In this document: in pieces, positions 14,944 to 21,229 of the stretch
Position numbering within the stretch: the stretch's first letter is position 1
Layout of the letters: each line of letters starts with the position of its first letter
IMG/VR virus record: IMGVR_UViG_2617270991_000003
DNA: 23,312 nt
Reading direction: 5' to 3' (one strand)
Source: a virus
Lineage: Duplodnaviria; Heunggongvirae; Uroviricota; Caudoviricetes
The notes under the pieces: model-generated
What the model was told of the DNA's origin: nothing
Databases searched by the model: none
Seen by the model: only the letters and a program-made list of their open reading frames with translations
Position numbers and translations under genes: made by a program

Positions 14944-14968
14944 CCCGCTTCGGCGGGGTTTTTGTTTT
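14944..14968 (+). terminator. Rho-independent terminator (right copy of the direct repeat)
   Basis: CCCGC-TTCG-GCGGG(G) hairpin followed by TTTTTGTTTTT; same 15-nt hairpin core as 13109-13127. Confidence 0.55.
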
Positions 14969-15047
14969 TATTTTCAACGTGTTTGAAGTTTTGGACGGTG
15001 CCAGAATAGAATCAAAAATACTTAAGTAGCGCGCAGGGAGAAGAGGG

Positions 15048-15269
15048 ATGGACCCCGAACAGGGGGAGTGCTATTTATCTGGAAGGATTCTGTTGATGAA
15101 AATCGAAGAATTACGTGAAATTTTTAGTGAAGATGGCCTCTATGCTGTGCGCGTTGAGAATGGGGGTATTACCTACACAGCGTTAATTCCTGATGATCAT
15201 GTAGTGTTATCTGTTGAGGCATTCATTGAATACTTGGAAAGACTCGGTTTCAAGGTAGTTCGGGAATAA
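15048..15269 (+). CDS. Hypothetical protein (73 aa)
   Basis: Track ORF; GGGAGAAGAGGG RBS. Confidence 0.5.
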   Translation: MDPEQGECYLSGRILLMKIEELREIFSEDGLYAVRVENGGITYTALIPDDHVVLSVEAFIEYLERLGFKVVRE

Positions 15270-15328
15270 GTTATAATACGTGAGCCAGCCTGAACAACTG
15301 GCAACCTGCAGCGCCATTGGAGATGACA

Positions 15329-15601
15329 ATGGCGCATAATTTCAAATTTCGCAATTCTGATTCTGCCTTTGCCAGCAGGCACGGGTGGCGTTCTCACGCA
15401 TTCAAATATGACTGGTATCAGCACGATCCCTGTACTGAAGAACAGGCCGAATGGCTGATTCATAACTACCGCAGACGTGGATATGAGTTTAGGAAAGCCC
15501 TCACCCTCGATTATCGTCACTGGATAATCTACGTCAGACTCCCTTATTCCGAACGCCCACCGCGTCCGTCCCGCACATTCCAGCAACGCATCTGGAGGTA
15601 A
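15329..15601 (+). CDS. Hypothetical protein (about 90 aa)
   Basis: ATG 15329 after GGAG (track starts at TTG 15317). Confidence 0.5.
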   Translation: MAHNFKFRNSDSAFASRHGWRSHAFKYDWYQHDPCTEEQAEWLIHNYRRRGYEFRKALTLDYRHWIIYVRLPYSERPPRPSRTFQQRIWR

Positions 15602-15602
15602 C

Positions 15603-16649
15603 GTGCGGGTATTACTTCGACCTGTTCTGGTACCGGAACTCGGGCTGGTGATCGTTAAGCCGGGCCGTGAATCCATGCCGGTATTCCACAATACCCGGGT
15701 ACTGGTGGAGCCGGAACCGAAAAGCATGCGTAATCTGCCGTCCGGGGTCGTTCCTGCCGTTCGCCAGCCGCTGGCGGAGGATAAATCATTACTGCCATTT
15801 TTCAGCGACGAACGAGTGATTCGTGCTGCTGGTGGCGCTGGCGCATTGTCTGATTGGTTACTGCGCCATGTTAAATCCTGCCAGTGGCCACACGGCGATT
15901 ATCACCACAGTGAAACCGTCATTCACCGTTATGGTACCGGCGCAATGGTGTTGTGCTGGCACTGCGACAACCAGCTGCGCGACCAGACCTCCGAATCACT
16001 CGGGCAACTTGCTCACCAAAACCTGTCTGCATGGATGATTGACGTCATACGCCATGCAATGAATGGCTCGCAGGAACGGGAATTATCGCTGGCTGAATTA
16101 TCCTGGTGGGCGGTCCGCAATCAGGTGGCGGACGCGCTACCGGAAGCGGTATTACGTCGTTCGCTGGGGTTGCGTGCGGAAAAAATCCGCTCAATGTACC
16201 GTGAAAGCGACATCGTACCGGGAGAGCAGACCGCCACCAGCATACTGAAGCAGCGCACAAAAAATCTTGCGCCGCTGCCTCACGCCCACCAGCAAAACCC
16301 GCCACAGGAAGAGACGGTGGTCAGCATTGCCGTTGATCCTGAGTCTCCGGAATCTTTCATGAAACGACCTAAACGTCGCCGCTGGGTTAACGAGAAATAC
16401 ACACGCTGGGTGAAGACACAGCCGTGTGCGTGTTGTGGTAAGCCAGCCGACGATCCCCATCACCTGATTGGTCATGGTCAGGGCGGAATGGGGACAAAAT
16501 CTCACGATATTTTCACGCTACCGCTGTGTCGGGAGCATCACAACGAGCTTCATGCGGATCCTCTGGCGTTCGAAGAAAAGCATGGTTCTCAGGTTGATTT
16601 AATTTTTCGTTTTCTTGATCACGCCTTTGCAACTGGCGTGCTTGGGTAA
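15603..16649 (+). CDS. DUF968-like protein with Cys/His (HNH-like) C-terminal motif, YdfU-like by size and position (348 aa)
   Basis: Track ORF; probable GTG start after GGAGG; C-terminus ..TQPCACCGKPADDPHHLIGHGQGGMGTKSHDIFTLPLCREHHNELH.. Confidence 0.55.
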   Translation: MRVLLRPVLVPELGLVIVKPGRESMPVFHNTRVLVEPEPKSMRNLPSGVVPAVRQPLAEDKSLLPFFSDERVIRAAGGAGALSDWLLRHVKSCQWPHGDYHHSETVIHRYGTGAMVLCWHCDNQLRDQTSESLGQLAHQNLSAWMIDVIRHAMNGSQERELSLAELSWWAVRNQVADALPEAVLRRSLGLRAEKIRSMYRESDIVPGEQTATSILKQRTKNLAPLPHAHQQNPPQEETVVSIAVDPESPESFMKRPKRRRWVNEKYTRWVKTQPCACCGKPADDPHHLIGHGQGGMGTKSHDIFTLPLCREHHNELHADPLAFEEKHGSQVDLIFRFLDHAFATGVLG

Positions 16650-16661
16650 AAGAGGTGACTG

Positions 16662-17036
16662 ATGCTCATAGATTTGGTTTTACCTTACCCGCCGACGGTG
16701 AACACTTACTGGCGACGCCGTGGCAGCACATATTTTATCTCGGAGGAGGGAAAGCGTTATCGCCGGGCTGTGGCGCTTATTGTTCGCCAGCAGCGGCTGA
16801 AATTAAGCCTGTCCGGAAGGCTGGCGATAAAGGTGATTGCAGAGCCACCGGATAAGCGTCGTCGCGACCTGGACAATATCCTGAAAGCACCGCTGGATGC
16901 GCTGACGCATGCGGGAGTGTTAATGGACGATGAGCAGTTTGATGAAATCAATATCGTTCGTGGTCAGCCAGTATCTGGTGGACGTATGGGGGTGAAGATT
17001 TACCCCATAATGCATGAAGAGCAGGTCAAAAAATGA
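16662..17036 (+). CDS. rusA: RusA-family Holliday junction resolvase (124 aa)
   Basis: MLIDLVLPYPPTVNTYWRRRG...RRRDLDNILKAPLDALTHAGVLMDDEQ signature; AAGAGGTG RBS. Confidence 0.8.
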   Translation: MLIDLVLPYPPTVNTYWRRRGSTYFISEEGKRYRRAVALIVRQQRLKLSLSGRLAIKVIAEPPDKRRRDLDNILKAPLDALTHAGVLMDDEQFDEINIVRGQPVSGGRMGVKIYPIMHEEQVKK

Positions 17037-17854
17037 AACTGGAAGATTTACCGAAATACTACTCCCCAAAATCCCCTGGCCTGACCGATGCATCGGCCTC
17101 AACGTCAAAAGATGCGCTGAGTATCACTGATGTGATGGCCGCGCAGGGCATGACACAGAATCGGGCTGAGATGGGGTTTTCTGCGTTCCTGGGGAAAATG
17201 GGCATCAGTATGAATGACAGGGCGCGGGCAACAGAATTACTGGCAGATTATGCACTCAGTCGGTGCGATCGTGTGGCGGCGTTGAGAAAACTTCCGGCAG
17301 AAATAAAACCGGTAGTGATGCGCATTATGGCTTCGTATGCGTTTGAAGATTATGCCCGTAGCGCGGCGAGCAAAAAACAGTGCCCCTGCTGTCACGGAAA
17401 AAAATTTATTGAAAGCGAGGTTTTTACAAACAAGATCCAGTATCCGGATGGTAAGCCACCAGTGTGGGCAAAGTGCACAAAAGGCGTGTATCCGTCTTAC
17501 TGGGAAGAATGGAAAAAAGTCAGGGAGGTGGTAAAAGTTGCCTGTCCGGAGTGTGGCGGAAAGGGTGAGGTTTCCACCGCCTGTAAGGATTGCCGTGGGC
17601 GTGGTGTCGCCATTCATCGTGAAGAGTCGGTAAAACGTGGTATGCCTGTTATCAGAGATTGCCAGCGTTGTGGTGGTCGTGGCTGTGAAAGGCTGCCATC
17701 AACGGAGGCATTTAATGCCATATGCAAAGTGACGAGTGCTATCACGCTTGATACGTGGAAAAAATCAGTGAAACGCTTTTACGATACGTTGGTGGTTCGG
17801 TTTGACATTGAAGAGGCATGGGCGGAGCGGCAGTTAAAGAGGGTAACGCGATAG
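17033..17854 (+). CDS. Putative late-gene antiterminator (Q-like, QuuQ-type position) with DnaJ-type CxxCxGxG zinc-finger repeats (273 aa)
   Basis: Track ORF; ATGA coupling to rusA; CPECGGKG, CKDCRGRG, CQRCGGRG repeats; positioned before a promoter/terminator pair and the tRNA/lysis region; function inferred from synteny. Confidence 0.45.
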   Translation: MKLEDLPKYYSPKSPGLTDASASTSKDALSITDVMAAQGMTQNRAEMGFSAFLGKMGISMNDRARATELLADYALSRCDRVAALRKLPAEIKPVVMRIMASYAFEDYARSAASKKQCPCCHGKKFIESEVFTNKIQYPDGKPPVWAKCTKGVYPSYWEEWKKVREVVKVACPECGGKGEVSTACKDCRGRGVAIHREESVKRGMPVIRDCQRCGGRGCERLPSTEAFNAICKVTSAITLDTWKKSVKRFYDTLVVRFDIEEAWAERQLKRVTR

Positions 17855-17859
17855 TGTTG

Positions 17860-17887
17860 TTGATTTTTCCCGAATCTGTGGTAAATT
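17860..17887 (+). promoter_or_regulatory. Candidate late promoter (pR'-like) just downstream of the Q-like gene
   Basis: TTGATT, 16-nt spacer, TAAATT. Confidence 0.3.
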
Positions 17888-17936
17888 TGCTCTAACGATG
17901 GGCGTTTTATGCCTGACGTTAGAAGATTTTTTACAC

Positions 17937-17958
17937 CCCGCCGCCTGGCGGGTTTTTT
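17937..17958 (+). terminator. Rho-independent terminator (tR'-like), about 65 nt downstream of the candidate late promoter
   Basis: CCCGCC-GCCT-GGCGGG hairpin followed by TTTTTT. Confidence 0.55.
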
Positions 17959-18080
17959 ATGACTGAAATCGCGTCAGTACAGTAAACGCGCTGGTGGCGG
18001 TGAATACCTGTCTTTCAGCTTGCTGGCTTTTTCGACAAGAGTTATTGGTGTGTCACGTTAACCGGAAAAGGGAAAAAGAC

Positions 18081-18278
18081 ATGCTAAAACAGCAGGATAT
18101 GACAGAAACCGCCAGAGTGGTGTTTAATGAATTAAGCGTTACCGAACCGGCGACAGTCGGGGAGATAGCGCAGAATACTTACCTTTCACGCGAACGCTGC
18201 CAGTTAATACTGACCCAGCTGGTTATGGCGGGTCTGGCAGACTATCAGTTCGGTTGTTACAGACGCCTTCCGCAGTGA
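18081..18278 (+). CDS. Small hypothetical protein (65 aa), possible DNA-binding
   Basis: ATG 18081 within track ORF 17994-18278; MLKQQDMTETARVVFNELSVTEPATVGEIAQNTYLSRERCQLIL. Confidence 0.4.
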   Translation: MLKQQDMTETARVVFNELSVTEPATVGEIAQNTYLSRERCQLILTQLVMAGLADYQFGCYRRLPQ

Positions 18279-18290
18279 AGGCTTTTTTAT
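18265..18290 (+). terminator. Rho-independent terminator overlapping the stop of the small ORF
   Basis: GCCTTC-CGCAGT-GAAGGC hairpin followed by TTTTTTATTT. Confidence 0.5.
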
Positions 18291-18428
18291 TTGTGGTAAA
18301 TGGGCGGCTGGTGGGGGTTAGGGGCACCCACCAGCCATCTGCTCATGCGTTGGGTTCACAAGCAAACCTCAGGCCCACTGCTTTGCGCAAAAGCAGAATG
18401 AGCCTATCAGAGACAGGCTTAATGATCC

Positions 18429-19478
18429 ATGCTTAATACTGTAAAAATATCCAGTTGTGAGTTAATCAACGCCGACTGCCTGGAATTTATCCGGTCGTTA
18501 CCCGAAAATTCTGTTGACCTGATAGTCACGGACCCGCCGTACTTTAAAGTGAAGACTGAGGGATGGGATAACCAGTGGAAGGGCGACGATGATTACCTGA
18601 AGTGGCTGGACCAGTGTCTGGCGCAGTTCTGGCGGGGGCTGAAACCTGTCGGAAGTCTTTACCTGTTCTGTGGTCATCGCCTGGCATCTGATATCGAAAT
18701 CATGATGCGTGAACGCTTCAGTGTGCTGAACCATATTATCTGGGCGAAGCCGTCCGGACGCTGGAACGGATGCAACAAGGAAAGCCTGCGGGCGTATTTC
18801 CCCGCCACAGAGCGCATTCTGTTCGCGGAACATTATCAGGGGCCGTATCGTCCGAAAGATGCCGGGTATGCGGCGAAGGGCAGTGCACTGAAACAGCATG
18901 TGATGGCCCCGCTGATTTCTTACTTTCGTGATGCGCGCGCGGCCCTGGGGATAACGGCAAAACAGATTGCAGATGCCACAGGAAAGAAAAACATGGTGTC
19001 GCACTGGTTCAGTGCCAGTCAGTGGCAGCTACCGAACGAAAGCGATTATCTGAAATTACAGTCGCTGTTTGCCCGGGTGGCAGAAGAGAAACATCAGCGC
19101 GGTGAACTGGAAAAGCCCCACCACCAGCTGGTGGATACGTATACGTCACTGAACCGGCAGTATGTGGAGCTGCAGAGTGAATATAAGCATCTGCGGCGGT
19201 ATTTTGGTGTGACGGCGCAGGTGCCGTACACGGATGTGTGGACACATAAACCGGTGCAGTTCTATCCCGGGAAACATCCGTGCGAAAAACCGGCAGAAAT
19301 GCTGCAGCAGATAATCAGCGCAAGCAGTCGTCCGGGTGACCTGGTTGCAGATTTTTTTATGGGCTCAGGTTCAACGGTAAAAGCTGCACTGGCGCTCGGG
19401 CGTCGTGCGATTGGCGTTGAACTGGAGACCGGACGTTTTGAGCAGACAGTCAGGGAAGTTCAGGATTTAATCGTTTGA
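18429..19478 (+). CDS. Orphan DNA methyltransferase (amino-methyltransferase, DPPY motif near N-terminus, FxGxG near C-terminus)
   Basis: Track ORF; IVTDPPYF catalytic motif and C-terminal FFMGSGST SAM-binding motif; no adjacent restriction endonuclease. Confidence 0.75.
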   Translation: MLNTVKISSCELINADCLEFIRSLPENSVDLIVTDPPYFKVKTEGWDNQWKGDDDYLKWLDQCLAQFWRGLKPVGSLYLFCGHRLASDIEIMMRERFSVLNHIIWAKPSGRWNGCNKESLRAYFPATERILFAEHYQGPYRPKDAGYAAKGSALKQHVMAPLISYFRDARAALGITAKQIADATGKKNMVSHWFSASQWQLPNESDYLKLQSLFARVAEEKHQRGELEKPHHQLVDTYTSLNRQYVELQSEYKHLRRYFGVTAQVPYTDVWTHKPVQFYPGKHPCEKPAEMLQQIISASSRPGDLVADFFMGSGSTVKAALALGRRAIGVELETGRFEQTVREVQDLIV

Positions 19479-19527
19479 AACGGATGAGATTGCAGAATTA
19501 ATTACGCACCATTATTATTCTGCTTCC

Positions 19528-19603
19528 GGCCCTTTAGCTCAGTGGTGAGAGCGAGCGACTCATAATCGCCAGGTCGCTGGTTCAAATCCAGCAAGGGCCA
19601 CCA
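19528..19603 (+). tRNA. tRNA with anticodon CAT (Met-type; in phage context probably tRNA-Ile2 read as AUA after lysidine modification)
   Basis: Hand-folded cloverleaf: acceptor GGCCCTT/AAGGGCC, D-arm GCTC..GAGC, anticodon loop CTCATAA, T-arm GCTGG-TTCAAAT-CCAGC, 3' CCA; 76 nt. Confidence 0.8.
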
Positions 19604-19610
19604 TCACATA

Positions 19611-19687
19611 CCGCCATTAGCTCATCGGGATAGAGCGCCAGCCTTCGAAGCTGGCTGCGCGGGGTTCAAGTCCCCGATGGCGGTCCA
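19611..19687 (+). tRNA. tRNA-Arg, anticodon TCG
   Basis: Hand-folded cloverleaf: acceptor CCGCCAT/ATGGCGG, D-arm GCTC..GAGC, anticodon stem CCAGC/GCTGG with loop CTTCGAA, T-arm CGGGG-TTCAAGT-CCCCG, 3' CCA; 77 nt. Confidence 0.7.
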
Positions 19688-19700
19688 TTATCTGCATCAT

Positions 19701-19745
19701 GCGTTGTTAGCTCAGCCGGACAGAGCAATTGCCTTCTAAGCAGCT
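19701..19745 (+). pseudogene. Truncated tRNA (5' half only: acceptor 5' strand, D-arm, anticodon arm with loop CTTCTAA, anticodon TCT = Arg)
   Basis: GCGTTGT-TA-GCTC-AGCCGGACA-GAGC then anticodon arm; no T-arm or matching acceptor 3' strand (ACAACGC) found downstream; followed by a G/T-rich tract. Confidence 0.4.
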
Positions 19746-19893
19746 GTGGTTGCACTCCTGTTGTTTCTGGTGGTGATGGTGGACTTCAGCAGCCGGATAA
19801 TGTCGGTGCTGTCTGATGGTGTTTTGGTGGCGGGTGTGTGGTTGTTGCTTTCCCGTTGCTGAAAAAGAAAGCATCAGGCGATTAGCAGGGTAT

Positions 19894-20140
19894 CAGTTAC
19901 CCGTTGAAATTTTTAAATACCTCACAATTCCACAGCTTGATGATTGTCTGGCTGCCGGAGAATTTGTTAAAAATTACATCGCATGGTGAATCCCCCTCAG
20001 CGGCGGGGCATCTGGCAAAGTGTATGATCCAGAGAACATGCAAATTCAGTAGACAGGCTGAATTTACCGGGAGGCCCCTGGCACCATGCGACAGACAGAA
20101 ATTAGGCTATACTTCAGCCCCTCTCCGGAGGGGCTTTTCT
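19894..20140 (+). repeat. Structured repeat, copy 1 (about 247 bp), ending in an intrinsic terminator; candidate sRNA or processing/termination module
   Basis: Conserved blocks shared with copy 2: TTGTCTGGC, GTTTGTTAAAAA, GCATGGTGAATCCCCCT, CTGAATT(T/C)ACCGGGAGGC.CC.GGCACCATGC, AGCCCCTCTCCGGAGGGGCT; GCATGGTG and CACCATGC can pair as a long-range helix. Confidence 0.5.
20116..20140 (+). terminator. Rho-independent terminator at the end of repeat copy 1
   Basis: AGCCCCTC-TCCG-GAGGGGCT perfect 8-bp hairpin followed by TTTCT. Confidence 0.55.
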
Positions 20141-20329
20141 GTGCAGGATGTGTCACAGTTTCCTGAATTCTGAGTACTGTCCTGTTACTCAGGGTGCTAT
20201 ATTTTCTGACGTGATGAAAGTCTGCCGGAAGGCGGAACGTATCGGAAATGACCCAGTAGAGAAAACGTTGACTCAGATACCGATGCTGAGTTACCGGGAA
20301 ACCGGCATCACATGACCGCTATCCTTCCA

Positions 20330-20352
20330 GGCTCGCTCCGGCGGGCCTTTTT
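20330..20352 (+). terminator. Rho-independent terminator between the two repeat copies
   Basis: GGCTCGC-TCCG-GCGGGCC hairpin (one G-U pair) followed by TTTTT; same TCCG loop as the repeat terminators. Confidence 0.5.
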
Positions 20353-20363
20353 ACTGCAGAAAA

Positions 20364-20605
20364 CAGTTTTCCCGTAAAATGCCACGTTGCTCATAATTCA
20401 GGCTGGCGATTATTGTCTGGCCGGCGGGAAGTTTGTTAAAAAATTTCGCATGGTGAATCCCCCTGTGCGGAGGGGTAATCAGCGAGTAGGTATATGGGAT
20501 AATCGCGGATTCAGGTGCTGGTACTGAATTCACCGGGAGGCACCCGGCACCATGCAATGGCACATAGCGCCACTCTCCAGCCCCTCTCCGGAGGGGCTGT
20601 TTATA
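20364..20605 (+). repeat. Structured repeat, copy 2 (about 242 bp), ending in an intrinsic terminator
   Basis: Aligns with copy 1 across 5' and 3' conserved blocks, with a divergent middle segment. Confidence 0.5.
20579..20605 (+). terminator. Rho-independent terminator at the end of repeat copy 2
   Basis: AGCCCCTC-TCCG-GAGGGGCT hairpin followed by GTTTATATT. Confidence 0.5.
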
Positions 20606-20633
20606 TTGATTTTGTCAGATGTGAGTAAACTGC

Positions 20634-20969
20634 TTATGGACTTTGTTGTTTTAGCCCATAAGGACATATTTGCAGAGTGCAACGGTTATTAAAGCATTCA
20701 TTCAATACGTTATCTGTATTTGTAGGGCATTCCTGGCTGTTTTTGATTAAATTCCATAATGTTTTATTGAATGGTACTACGTTGTAAATGGTTACAGGTA
20801 GCACTTTGTTATTGAGCATGATGCCTGTGTGAGTCAGTGTAAATATACTTTCAGGAGGTAAGAAAGCATCCGATTGATACCAGATTATTAATTTTATTTT
20901 ACTCCATATGACTGAAAAAGATATTCCGCATGATGGCTGGATAACTGTATCAATCACAATCCACTTCAT
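20634..20969 (-). CDS. Possible hypothetical protein (111 aa) on the minus strand within an AT-rich island
   Basis: Track ORF; AGGAAA 6 nt upstream of ATG 20969; unusual Trp/Cys/Ile-rich composition; could equally be a chance ORF in AT-rich DNA. Confidence 0.25.
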   Translation of the reverse strand: MKWIVIDTVIQPSCGISFSVIWSKIKLIIWYQSDAFLPPESIFTLTHTGIMLNNKVLPVTIYNVVPFNKTLWNLIKNSQECPTNTDNVLNECFNNRCTLQICPYGLKQQSP

Positions 20970-21229
20970 TTAGTTTCCTTGTTTATGCCTTGCTGGTGAT
21001 GTTCTGAAAAGTATAAATGATATTTTTGATTGTAAACCATAGAGCAGAATTATTTTTCTGATGTTGTTTATTGTTTATTTAAATGCAGGGTGGTTTATAT
21101 CTCGTCTTGTAGTTTATCCATGCATATCTGCTTGATGATGAGGTTTTTATTTAAGGTATGGTTTTGTGTTTTTTCTGTATTACATGTCAGGTATTTTAAA
21201 GAATCATTTTTCAGATGGTGGAAAGAACC

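Noticed and set aside
15197-15727. Minus-strand ORF of 176 aa
   Set aside because: Antisense to two well-supported plus-strand genes; low-complexity translation.
18498-19245. Minus-strand ORFs inside the methyltransferase gene (18498-19004, 18736-18960, 19009-19245)
   Set aside because: Antisense to a gene with clear catalytic motifs; no RBS.
19701-19780. Third tRNA as an intact gene
   Set aside because: I could not find a T-arm or the complementary acceptor 3' strand; called a truncated fragment instead.
19904-20605. Protein-coding reading of the repeats (track ORFs 19904-20173 and 20351-20563; short ORFs starting MVNPP.. and at GGCACCATGC)
   Set aside because: Peptides are not conserved between the two copies beyond the hairpin-encoded residues; conservation is at nucleotide and helix level, favouring RNA.
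19760-21214. Shiga toxin genes at the canonical position between the tRNAs and the esterase
   Set aside because: No ORF of suitable size or secreted-protein character on the plus strand in this interval; the region is non-coding repeats plus AT-rich DNA.
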